Assembly: GCA_030141605.1 (NCBI GenBank)
Contig: JAQGDQ010000303.1
Location: 124,001 to 188,000, forward strand
Length of the DNA: 64,000 bases
From: Tubiluchus corallicola
Taxonomy: Eukaryota; Animalia; Priapulida
Reading direction: 5' to 3'
Below are positions 1 through 13,800 of the stretch, piece by piece (the first letter of the stretch is position 1; every line of letters begins with the position of its first letter). Position numbers and translations under genes: made by a program. The notes beneath the pieces were generated by a model, which saw only the letters and a list, made by a program, of their open reading frames with translations, had not been told where the DNA came from and ran no database searches.

Positions 1-1880
1 AGAATAAAATATTTTGTGACTCTTGGTTGTCTATAATTTGGACGTCAAACATATTGCTATCGCTCCGCCTCTGTTGTGATGTAAGCACGCTGACGGGAAA
101 TCGGGGACATTAGTTTAAGGCGAACAATTACTCTTTAGTAAACAATATTACAACTATATTGTCTATGTCTAATCAGCAGATAAACTGTTTGTGCTTTTCA
201 TACACAAAATTTGCAAGGCAGGAATTATTTTTACAAGAAATTAAAACAAGTAGCCAAAAAATGTCTTTACAATTTAAGTAGAATGTAACGACAAAATTCT
301 ATTCCGTAGATGATACATAAGTCAAAATGGCATCTTTAGGCGCAAAAATGATTATTTCAGGATGCTAATATTACATAGATTTAAATTTTGACCGGCCCAA
401 CAAAACCATGTCCATGTGCTGGCATGTTTTTGTATGTTTGCCTGTTTATCTTTGTTTTATGACTGTTTATCTATCAAAGTAATTAGTCGAACATGTTCAA
501 GATTTTGTGCCCTCATCTTCGCCATCCCTACTGAGCGTATATTAGTTTCCTTATGGGAGCTATTTGCGTTAAAATAACATAGTGCCACTTTTCCCCCAGA
601 CATTTTTACCGTGTCATTTTTTTCTGTGCTATTCTGTCATGCTAGTAGTATGGCATTATTTGAGCATTTAGGATTTACCTTTTAAAATTTTCCAACATAA
701 CAGAATTCGAAGTAAGGAAACATTTATTTTGTTTTTACTTTGACATGGTCTTGGAGAGTGAGCCTATTTAGTTTCTGAACTGTGAACTTGAAGATTTCTC
801 TTACTTGCTATCATGTAAGTTTGAAAATCCGGCGAAACCATGTGGGCGAAACCACGTATGGGCTAAACACTCCGAAAGCTTCGTAAGAAAGTCTAAAGTC
901 TCAATCAAAAAGGAGGTTGTGGATGAAAATGTTGCGATTTACTAAGAATAATACTTGCATTTATTTAGTTTGTAACCTTGTACCAGTTCATGCAAATTGC
1001 TGAGTGAACGTTTTGAAATAATGTAAGTACCATTTACATGCCGTCTTATTGCATACAGGACTTGTGTTAGTAGCAACTATGCACAGAAAGCCATTTGAAA
1101 CAATATGTAGAGTTTGAAGAAATAATCAGAGCATTACTTTATAATTATTATAAATATAATGTAATTATGTTGTCAGTAAGATCAATAATCAGTGGTGCAC
1201 ACTGGGATGGGTGATGCAGTGCCATTTTACCATATGGTGGAAACATTTTAAATTATTAAGAATTTTCTTTTTCAATTACATTAATTTTTCAAACAGGTAG
1301 CATAGTGCTGAGTAATATAACTTTTTTATGGAAAATTCTTGCAGATACTATATAGGCCTACTGTAAAAATCCCTCTTTTTCCTCTTTAAGCTATACCTAG
1401 GTAAATATTTGAAAATTTAAATAATAATAATTTCACCATCTAGTTAACCTCAGTGCCTCAATGGCTACAGTTGATTCAATGTTTTGGGTAAGTTATCGTT
1501 TTCAGCACCTCGGCTAAAGCGAGGGATTGCCATGTTTTGCCACACTGCCACCTTTGACCTACTGTCGATTGTGCAGTTGCCAGCTTACTGAGTTATTAGC
1601 ATACAGCATTGCAGTATTTCTCGATTTTGCCTGTTTCCTGGTGATCCTGCTACGAAATCATTTTTGCAGCTAGTTTATTGTTTGAAAAGATCTCACAGCT
1701 CTACATGTGCTCGGAGGGTTTTTATAAACATATTTTATTGTTCACAGTTTGTAATGCTTAGGTTTGGAGCATTTCGATTTTTTGTCTATAACACACTTGT
1801 TTTTCTATTGTTATTGTATTGTCTTAAGTACTAGATTTGATTAAACTGTAAATCAAGATGTTTAAAAAAATTTTTTGTAG

Positions 1881-4800
1881 GTGAATTCTAATGGATTCGT
1901 GTCATTTGGGACAGAAGTACCTAGTTATAACAATGTACCACTACCGCTTAATTTACCAGTAATTGCACCTTTCTATGCAGATATTGACACAACAGGAACT
2001 GGAAGAATATTTTATAGGTTTATATTTTTGCACATATAATTTTAGCATAACTATGTCATTTTTAAAGGAAGTGAAAGATAAAGGTTTTTAAGTGATGCTG
2101 TTTAATTAACAATCAGGTAAATAGAGATGTGACTGTTTTTCATACAACTGTAAACATTGAAAGAGTATACTGAGTAAATTCAATTACCTGTACTTAAGTA
2201 AGTTTTTGTAAGTGTAGGTTGGAATGAATAGAAACTTACTTTTACAATTGGTAAGTGTAAAAAACAAAACATTTTCACTGACAGAGAAGCAAAAGACATC
2301 AGCACATTAGACAGAGCTACGGAAGATGTACGGGATCATTTTATCAATTATCCCACATTTGAAGCGACGGGGGTATTTATCGTTACTTGGGATAATGTCG
2401 GATATTATTCTGGTGGAAATGACAGGGTAGGTATATTTACTTTTAACTGCAAATTGTATATATTTATCATTTTTATTTAATTTTTGGAGGATATATCTGT
2501 ATGAGTTTTGGTAGCATACATGTGCTTCTTCTAAGGTGATAATTTTTAAATTAAGTGATTTGTAACCATTTTTGACAAGGCTAGTCCTGAGAGTAATCTT
2601 CATGTACAGGCTGTACGATATAAGTAATCCAAGTTTGCAAGGTATACCACTTTTGTAAGGGTATACTTTGTATTCCATTGTAAAGTACTTGTACAATATA
2701 GGTGCCATTTTTCTTTACTTTGGTACTTTTGTTAGTGAGTATCTGAAATTGCTACACGATAAATTCTCAAGGCAAACTTATCAGTAATAAATCGTATTAT
2801 ATTTACAATGGCCAGCATCTGTTAGGAAACCAATACATAAGTGCAGCATATTTACTCTGTTTGTTTGTTCGTTTGTTTGTTTATGTAACATCAAAATATC
2901 TAAGTGAAACCTTTGCTTTTGATTGAAACAACAAGTAGTAAAAGTTTGTCGTTGAGAAATTGAATGTTATCGTTAGCTATTAATGGGGAGTTGTATTAAT
3001 ATTTTGCACTTTTGCAACAATAATTTATCTAATTATTATTTAGGCAAACACATTCCAGCTGGTCCTTATCAGCGATGGTACAAATTCGTTTGCCATTTTT
3101 CTTTATATGGACAATGGTATTGAGTGGATCCGCAGTGAAGGCAAGAATCCCACAATGGAGGACACGCCTGGTCAGGTCGGCTTCGATTCTGGGGATGGAA
3201 TTCGATGGTACAAGTTACGTGGATCGGGAACACGCAGAATTAATGAGTTAGACCGGTCAGTAATTAATACCAATTACATATGCACAATATAGTATCCGTT
3301 CAACTTCTCTTGATTATAAGACTGACATCAAATATCTAGGTTAATGGCAAACAAAGAAACCTAAAAAAGATCATTAGCTTTTTATAATGATTCATTGCAA
3401 GCTTTTTATTTCAGCTTATCCAATGTGAATAAAAATGGAGTATGGATGTTCCAGATTGGTAATTTAGGAGAAAAAACTAATATTAAGGAGCCAGATCTGG
3501 TTGATGGAGTTAGTAAGTAGTTGTTATTTTTCAAATTTTGAGGAAAGCTAACAAAACAAAATTAGTGCTACCTTTCTGCTCTTCAATTTCAGATCGTAAG
3601 GAACATTTACCTAGATGAAGTCTATCATTTATGTAAGATGGAGAAGAAACAGGATGAGTGCTGGATCTAATCTGTTTTGCACCTTTATTGAATTTGTCCA
3701 ATTGTATGTGAATTTACACTACATGTAGAACTTATTTTGCCTCTGTGTTGTTATTAACAAATACTGTCACAGTGTCAGGGCCCTGCATTGAAAAATGCTT
3801 GTGCTGTGGCCAAATATAATTTTGAACCAATCAGCTGTTTAAATGAATCTAGCAGAGCATTGCAGAAAGATGTGAGTTAGGTGTATGCATTCTGTTTACA
3901 TTACAAAAAATACAAAATAAGTCTAAACTCCAACTATGTACTTCTGAGACCATATATGGGAGGTAGTCACAAGAAGTCCAGTATCTGTAATAGTCTTTCT
4001 GGCTGCGTGACTATTCACATTGCGTGACTAGAAAGTGTAGGACGGGTAGATTATTTTCTGCCTATTGTAAACAACAGGATTTATGTGAAAATTTAGTCAT
4101 TAATATTAACAGCTATACGTAAGCATTTTGGGGGAGTATTACAACTGACATCTTCATCTCCTTATTTTTCCGTATATGCATGAATTTTATTAGTATGCAT
4201 ATGAATTTGCAGAAACAAGTGAATCATTTACACTGACATTGCTTGCAGCTTGGAATCCATTCCAATTTATAATTTAGTGCAGTACGCATAGCTGCAAACA
4301 AAGTTTCTCAAAAATGGAAAAATTGTTTTGTAACTTGCGTGTGCTCTCTTTAGACTGCTGTCTATGTAAACAAGCAAAAGCAGTCATAAATCGAGCCAGA
4401 AATGTCAAACAATAAAATTGACAAATGTTAACAAATCTCAAGCAGTGTTTTTTCTGATGGCAGTCTAGCTGCTTAATGACTCTATTTTCTGCCAAAATGC
4501 TTTATTGATCAGTTTGTTCAGTTTTAGAAGGACACCTTGGCACTGCAGTTGCTGTTGTTTTCGTATGTAATGCAAACCCTGCATTTAATTGGTTTTTTAG
4601 TATTCTATCCTAGTTTATAATGTAAACATGCATATAAAAGAGTGACGATTTTTTACACTTGATCTTAGAATTGCTGTTTTAATGTAATGGTGTTTGATGC
4701 CATGCTTGGTTGAATTTGAGTTATTCTACAAAAAGAAAACGCAGATAGCATGGAACTTTCGTGGTTTGATGTACGACTAAGCCACACCTGCTATATTAAG

Positions 4801-7800
4801 CAATTTTTAAAATTTTGTCGATTATCTTAACCGTAATAGCTTGACCCTTGATCCTTAAATGGACTTGATCCTTAATTTATAAAGCCTTGACGGCCTGTTC
4901 TACAAAGATTGCCCACTCAGGCGATTAGAAAGATCAATGCTCAGTATTACGCAGAGTCACAGACATGATTAAATGGGCTTTTCTTAATGTGTGTTAATTA
5001 ATGTTGTAATTCTTTAGTTCAGACATCTGCGTTGGATGAACAGAGACAGCAGACATGTGTAGAAGGAGCTGCATCGTGTCATTCAAGTGCGAGATGTATT
5101 GACTACAATCCGGGCTATTGCTGTGAATGCACTGGAGACTTGTCGCTGGGAAATGGCTTTGCATGTATTGACCCAAGTGAGTACTGGTTTGGACGGAAAA
5201 CACATATTTGTCTTGAAAGCTGTTAGCTGTGAAAATTGGAGGGAATGTGATTGTGCTGTTAGGCTGCTGTGCTGTGAATGAGACTTTAAGTTTTTTAATT
5301 AAAGAGAAATGTGTATGTTCATCAGCATAAAATAAATCACCGTGGCTAACTTGACCGAAATCTGACTTGGCACCAAAGACTTTAAGTCATTCAAAATTTT
5401 TAAAAATCGTGAAAAATAGTTTTGTTTATATTTTAAAGTCTGTAAAGTAGAGTGTATCAAAATAAGCCAAGATATTAGGTTTTAGAAGTGTTTGTACGGC
5501 AATAAAAATGCAGTCTTTTGTAAGTGTGCATGTTGTGACTGTTCTGTACTGCACAGATAACCACAACCTCACCTGTTTCGAAAACAATGTAAACAGATTG
5601 CTTTTATCAGTAGCACTTCTTTGGACACATTTTCATACTGTCATCTTTTTGCTGCAGCCCCTTGCTGTGAGTGGCCATTAGCTTTGTTTGGGACGATGTA
5701 TGTAAAAACTATGGCAAAATGCATAAAATAACATAATTACTGAGCATTTGCAATATTAGTTTCTTCCATAAATGAAAAATATTAACAGAAAGCCATGCAA
5801 ATTTTGTTTCAACCACTGAAATTAGAGCAAAGGTTTTTGGTGAATGAATGAAAATCTATGATTTTCCCACCATGCCAAATCTAACGCAAAAAGTGTTTGC
5901 ACAAATAGTTAACAACTCATTTTAATTGTTTTATTATATTGACATAATAACAGAGCTTATCGTCTTTTATTTATATGTTTATTTGATTGTTTATTTATTT
6001 ATTCATAATCCTGGTTCAGCTTGTCTGGCCGATTGCTTGGTTGCCTGTGTTCTATCTATTTGTTGCTCCTCTGACAAAATTTCAAACTGATGTAAATCTT
6101 ATCAGTGCTCTGAATATACTTTTGACTCCACTGCTTTATTTGAAACTTGAGATTTTTTAGAAGTATTGTTTATTCTGATGGCTTACTGTGATTTTATTTT
6201 ATGTAGATGAACCGCAAAGAGTTAACGGGGAGGTGACTGGGAAGGTGAATGGCTATGAATTCCATGACGTTTATTTACACACCTACATTGTTACGAAGGA
6301 CAGTCGGGCGTATACAGGAATTAGCCGTTTCACAGAGTCAGTCGGACAGTCCATGACACCTGCAATGCCTGTTGCAAGCATCTATGGATGGCTATTTGCT
6401 GCACCAACTAATGAACAAGCAAAAACAGGATTTCAGCTGACTGGTGGGAAATTTAATCGCACTGCGACCATACAGTTTAACAGTGGAGAGGCGCTGCACA
6501 TTCGAGAGACATGCACTGGACACGATGCTTCCAATTACATGCGAGTTGCAGTGCAATTGAACGGGAATGTTCCCGAGGTAGAAGCAGGAGCACGTGTGGA
6601 GGTCATTGATTACTCAGAGATTTACAGACATATTGAGCCAGGTCAGATTTGAAAAGTTTATTCATAGCATGATTACTAATAATGTTTTGAGTTGCAATTA
6701 TATTGCATCTACATAATTTTTGATTCAATTATTTATTTATAGCATGAAGAATATTTTTTGCAGTATAGTGTGAAGTTATTAAATAGAATACTATAGAGGT
6801 ACTATAAAAGCTAAGTGTGTGCAAATTTTTTTTTAATTCTGACACGTTAAACAAGGTCTGCTTTTTTTGGAAGTACTAAAATTTTTATTTTTTGTTTGCT
6901 GGAAATGCTATTTCATGCAGTTATTATAATAATATTTAAATAAACTCAACCCATATGTATTTACTCGCATATTTTTCAGGTTTGGTTAAATCGTATGCTA
7001 CACACACATACACTGTAAATGAAAGAGAATTTAGTTACAGTGTTGATCAGACGATCAGTTTTGATGAATGCAAGTATCAGTATTCTGACTCTGATGAAGG
7101 CCTTAAGACTTTGCAGTTATCCACATCAAGAAATTTTGTCACTTATGATGCAAGTGAACAAATTTTGCGATATGTGCAAGAAACGAAGATTTCTCCTCTT
7201 GGAGGTACGTTCATGTCAGAAATCTGAATGTGGAATATTCGGCTTTTGCTCAATGACTCATTAATTATTCTCCAGCAAGAAGAGACAGTTTCTCAAGAAA
7301 AAATTACGTTTAAGCAATGTTTATATGTACATAACTTGTGTGGAAGATGTCAATGTTCACAATGTCTGCAGTACATCGATGGTGACGTTAACACTCCTAT
7401 TAGTGCTTATTATACAATTTTTGATCCTAAAGTCAGTTATGTTATTAGAAAAGCCCGTAAAATTATACACCTATAAATAGTTATGACTTGTATAACGTGA
7501 GATTAGCTGTCATGTGACTTAGCCACCAAAGTTGAGTTACACCTAATTGGTCATAGAGTGATCACGGAATGAGATAAGAATATATATGTACTCAAACACA
7601 GCTTTAGATGACACCTGCTTTTGATATCATCTACTTTCTTCAGTATCTACTTTTATCCACTACTACTTTGTATAACTGGTATAACCCCCATTTTAATTGA
7701 TAAATTCAATGTTTACATTTTTGCCAGTGTGTATATTGTTTCCTGTGGCATGTGGAAAGATTTGGAACAATCGAGTAAACACAAGAAAACCACCTGCAGA

Positions 7801-10800
7801 AATAATGAGTGCTGATTGATAGTCGCTTATATTCACTTGATACATTTATGGTTCTTACACTTAGTATCATTCTGCTAAAGGGCTATGATTCATCCATTGA
7901 TGAAAAATGGAATCCCTAACAGTAATATGTAATTTAATTAAGGAAATTTCAAATGTTTCACATAATTTGCATATACCAACCTCACCAACATATGTTGACC
8001 GCATTAGTAAAAACTTATCTGCTGGTTATGACGTCGCATATGCCTGGTTTTACGTAGAATGTGAGGTGAAATTTCCATTTATATCTTATATCAACATGTA
8101 GTGTCTTCCACTCTGTGGCGTCAGTAAAAATACGACAGTTTTGATTATTATCTACCACGTAATACACTGTTATAAGCTTTTGTCATTGTTGGCTTCTGTC
8201 ACTAAATTTTCCTTCATTTCATTCCTTTTTATTATTACAAGTGAGTAAAATTTTATTCATTTTATTTGTGTATCAGTAGAAATCGTTTTTATGTTTAATT
8301 TTCACAAATTGCGTGTCAAACCTAGGACTATCCTTGATAAAGAGATAGCACAACCATCTACATTATGTGAAGTCTGTAATTGAGTACTGAGTGCTGGATA
8401 ATAGCTTGTAGAACTACTTATAAACAACGGCAAAATCTCTTTGTCATTGCAGGAAAAAATGGTAGAATGCACTAAACTCTTACACTTCTGGTTCTGGCAA
8501 ATATATAATGAAGTATGACATTAGTGAACATACCAGAAACTCAAATAGTAATGAAAATTTATATCTCGAGTAGTAGTGAATTTTGCAGCAGCTACTTTTA
8601 ACCATGCTCCAAGCAAACATTTTTTGTTATCTTGTAGATGATCCCTGCCGACGTATAACTTGCCATGCAGATGCTACTTGTGTGTTAGAAGGCACCACTC
8701 CACAGTGCATTTGTAACAATGGCTTTCGAGGCGATGGCACAGAATGCTCTGGTAAATAATAAGTATTTAGTTCCACGCACAATGACATCAAAGGTTGTAG
8801 GAAATTATTTGCTTGCAATTTGTTTTTGTTTTTGTTGAATTAATGAAATGCAGTCATTAATGAATAGTGAATTAACAAGACCTTTTTCATATCAGTTGTA
8901 TATAAATCATGAAAATATACTAGAAATGCTGACGCTTTTTGTTAAGAATGCAGCTATCAGTATGTTGTAAAATCACTAAAATATATTTTTTGTTGCATTA
9001 GCAGCAGCCATCACGTGACTACTGTTGTAATGAACTAATTAACAAGAATTACTGATATAATTACATTATTTTAATCCTGCTAGATATTGATGAATGCAGA
9101 GAAAGAATTGCACAGTGTGATATACGAGCTGCCCACTGTATCAACACAGCTGGATCTTACACCTGTAAATGCATAGAAGGCTGGACAGGAGATGGCAAAA
9201 CGTGTACAAGTATGTAGCATACATAGTTTACATATCTCTTCTTTTTGCGGTGTGCGTCTTATTCGAGAAACAACACAGTATATGCTGCAGCTGACTTTAG
9301 TATTAATTAGATATGACAACCAAACCAGTGTAGCATTACAGTGAAAATACAATCAGGCTGCTTCACTTAATTGTTTTTTTGTATACAATTGATTTTCACG
9401 TATTTGTAAATACTTACTCATGTAAATCGCTTTGCTTTCCAGAAAAAGTTGAAGAGGAAGATTCTTGTGAAGATCTGGAGTGCCACGATTATGCAATCTG
9501 TGTTCATGATCCGGCATCCAACCAGCCGGTGTGCCAGTGCCAACAAGGTTATTTAGGAGATGGTTTCTTTTGTGCTCCTGATCCATATGGTAAGTTATTT
9601 GAATGACAAACATTAATAATTTCTAAAGTTTGCTTTTTTGACAATCATTATCAGTTATGTGAACTAGGCTATTGAAAAGCCATTTTTGCAGTGGCACTTA
9701 CTAAACTCAAGTTTTCACTTCTCATTGTTTGTAACCAATTTTTAGTTTTTTTTTACAAATAATATTGTAGAATTCTACATAAAAATGCTTGATCTTCCTT
9801 TTCACTTCTTGTAGGTGGTATTAATGGAGGTGTTATTGAGCCAGTCATTCCGGATGAACCATATGACTGTCGAGTACAGCAATTGTGTGATGTGAACGCT
9901 GAATGTATCTACGATTACGAGAACGAACGGTTCAAATGCCAATGTATGGTTGGTTATGATGGCAATGGCTTCACTTGTTCACAAGATATAACAATAGGTA
10001 CCTTATTATGTGAATATGCTTTCCTTACTTGACATTCTTTTCAAGTGAACTGGCTGATATCTTAACACTTTCAACAACTTAGCATTAACAACTTTTTGCA
10101 TGTTTTGCAATTAATTTTTACTAGGATGTAGTGGTGAGACTAAATAATCAATTGTAATCGATTTGGTCTTTTATTTCAGATCGTCGATTATTTTTATTCT
10201 GCTGCCGAAAATCATTTGTGTTACCATTACAATTTGCAACTATTTTTTCCCAAAATCCAAATAATTGCACTGCACATATAGCCATCATTGGAGCAAAGTC
10301 AAGGAAAATGGTGCTATTTTTGCACAGCAACATATCATGCTGGCATTATTGCTTAGATGCGAAGTTTTCTCGTGTGGTTTTCATGTGCTTTTTGTAAAAA
10401 CCTATAGAAATCGATTATTAAATTGGTTTTGTATCTGATTTGTCAACGAAAATGCAACTATTAATTGTTCCACCACTGCTAGAAAGCTAGGGTGTGAAAG
10501 AAATTGCACATTGTTTTTTGGCCCTTCTTTGTCAGATAGCTATGAAAGTTTGTTTCTTGTTATTAGTTTGTGTGCTAGCCTAGAGTGAGTACTAAAATCA
10601 GCACTAAAATGAAACTGCTCTTTACTGGTGTAATTTTACTGGTTCTTAATTGACCTTAAAGACATTGATCTTCAAAATCCATCTTCATTTTTGATATAAG
10701 CCATGTTCAAACATGTCTTTATGTTCAAACAGGTGCCAGACCCCAACTCTGCTTTCTGGCTACTTATATTCATTGAAATAGCAACTGCCTATTTTGTATC

Positions 10801-13800
10801 AGTATAATTTCTATCAAATGTGTCAGTCGTTACATAGTGTCTGTTAATGTACAAGCCATAGGTCATTGTTTTTTCCCAGTTTTTTAGCTTGAATAATTTT
10901 TTCTTTTTTATGAGGACCCTTACCACATCTTTGGTTTTTTCTGTGTAAAACACTAATTTACAATTGTTGATGTATGTCTGTAACCTTGTCTGCTGTCTTG
11001 CTTACAGCTTTATTGTTTGTTTGTGCATTCAGTCTGACTGTATATTTGATGCTTTGTTTAGTAGCTTGATTTGTTTGTTTATTATCTGCAAATGTTTTTT
11101 GTTGTTTGCTTAAATGATGAGAATTCTTGTTAAAGTTGCTAATTTTGAGTTTTTTCTTGTAATAATTTTTTGTTCTGCATGTTCATGAGCTTTCTATGTG
11201 CTTAACGCAGCCCCTCAAGAACCGTGCACACAGTGTGATCCATTTGCTCGATGTGTGTACGACGAAAATGAAAATGAACATAGGTGTCAGTGTTACCTAG
11301 GTTTCCAAGGTGACGGGACCATTTGCTCCCCTGTAAGTGGTAAGTGATATGCTTGCTGTTGTGCAGTTCTCTGTGCATTTATGTTATGTGGAAAAATAAT
11401 TTATTTTTTGGTTTTTACGCATTTATGAAGAAATGTATTTGAAAATGGCAAAAATGTATACATTTTTTAGAAAACATTTTTTTAGAAAATGAAAAAATTG
11501 AAGCAAAAGTTTGAACTATGGATCATGGCATTTCTAATTCAGAAATCTCACAGATTTGTGTGTCATTGTTCAATGTTGGTATTGTGTCCGTTTGATTCTT
11601 TACTCACAAAATTTAACTATGCAAGCATTGGTCGGCTTTTGATTTATGGCAAATATTTTTTCTAAATTATTGTCTGTTCCAAGGAATAGGCAGTAACCAA
11701 GCAATGCAAACTGTTGATGTGTAAATGGTCTCTCTTGTGTGAGAGATGAATGTTAATTTTGTGTTAATTTTCTATGTAGATTTAGCATGAACAACAAACA
11801 TAAATATACTATAAACTAATATAAATGTTTAATCTTTATTGATAATAATTACTCAACAATGTTTACAACATTTAAAGTGACATATAAAGGTAATGTTTAA
11901 GTAATCTTTTATTATAGAAATTTGACAAATTGGAAATTAATTCACTGCAATATAATTTTGCTGAATCCTTCGTTTTCTTTCTAGAACAAAGCTGTGACGT
12001 GTTGAACGACTGCCATCCAAATGCTCAGTGTTTGTGGGATACTGTTCTTGTCAAATATGTCTGCGTGTGTGGTGAAGGCCTTGAAGGAGATGGTTACCAG
12101 TGCGATTATCCTGTAGGTAAGTAATGATAGTAATGACGCACATAAAAAAGACATAATTGGGACAACATTTTGAACTGAAAAGTGTTTGAATATAACAATG
12201 TTTCAGTGATTTCGTCTCTTCTCAAAAAATCTTATATTTAGGCAAGCTTGTATACTAGAATCTTAGACTGTTAAGAATGGTAAGAGTGATATTTTCCAAA
12301 ATCGGGATGTTGTGTTCATTGCTTTTTCGTTCGTAGATGGTTACATCAACATAGTATAAAAAGATGTTTTGTTTATTGTTTCTTTCTTGCAGTATTTACA
12401 TCACCTTACTTTACAGTCAAATTCACATTTCAGTCTTATTCTTTACAGCCAAATGTAAGGCTGTCTGTATAATTAGCATGTTTGTCTGTTAGATTAGGTG
12501 TCTATTTGTCTGTCTGCTTATAGATAATGCACTCATTAATCAATTTAATTAGTTTAGTTTTTTGTCTGGTCATACATTCTTTCACTGAAACAATCATCCC
12601 TCGTTCTGACTATCGTTTTTATTACTTCTTTAGAATTGTCTTTGTCTAGCACATCTGAAAAATCTGGCATTTTTTATTGCAGTGTTACCACCAGATAATG
12701 GTCAGTGTGCAAAATGTCACCGCTTTGCTGATTGTTTGTATGATGAATACTATAAACGTTATTATTGTCAATGTAAGGATGGCTATAGGGGTGATGGCTA
12801 TGAGTGTGCATATGAACAAGGTATGTATTCGTCCTTTGTTCAAATCTTTTCATGTTGCAGAACTGTCAAACTGACTTAAACGTAGGTCAATGCTTAACCG
12901 AAATTAAGGCTACTATGTTTGTTGTACTGATTCATAGCAGGCTAATAATAAAAATAATAATAATAATATTGATTTAAATTCAGCTATTTGGATCAATAAT
13001 TAACATAAGCTCCAAAGAGCTTTTCGGCCGACTGTAAATAACAATCTACAATTACGTAACAGAGACTATTATTACTCCACTTTTACCCTAAATACCACGT
13101 GCCAAGCAGGGCAACACTAGGTACCATTTTTAAAGTCTTTGGTTTGGACTTGGCCGTAGTATCGAACTGATGGAAGGTAGAATGGAAAAAATGTTTTATA
13201 GCGTATTCAATACTGAAACTCAAAGAGATAATTACATGCTAAAATCAAACTGAAAACTGATTTTGGAATTTTATTTAGAATGAGAGTTTTTTAACACTCT
13301 ATAAACTCTGCAGAATCCAGGTTGAAAACATTTTGGTATTATTGTTAAATTTATCTAGCTTATGTTGTGTGCCTAGTATTGTGAGTATTGCACTAAACCT
13401 GTGTAATCTAATTACTTGTATCTGCTGGTAAAGCCAACTGCTTATAAAAGAATCAAGATTGGTTTTTAAACTTTGTAATATAATATTTGTTCCTCGGGTG
13501 ATGAGTGGATTGGCAAATATAAACAGGGCCATTCCTTATTTTGAAAAAAGATTTAAATTAATTGTATATTTTTTGTGTGATATTACTAGTAACAAAAAAT
13601 TGTGAAAGCTACTTCCTACTACTGATATATTTCTTACATCAAAACTTTTATATTATAGATTTTTTACGTAATTAAATTATAGTTTATTTGATGTCAATAT
13701 TTCAGCTGCATACTGTCTACAGGATCCAGACCCAGGTCCCTGTGGACAGCCAACAGAACGTTGGTATTACGACAAGAAAACTCGCTCTTGCCAAACCTTT

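Noticed and set aside
1-1880. Nidogen first exon or promoter
   Set aside because: No signal-peptide exon identifiable; only short repeat remnants (GGCGAAACCA at ~830-860)
2307-2708. 133-aa minus-strand ORF and similar antisense ORFs over nidogen, MSP and Tigger sequence
   Set aside because: Antisense shadows of real exons or introns with no independent signal
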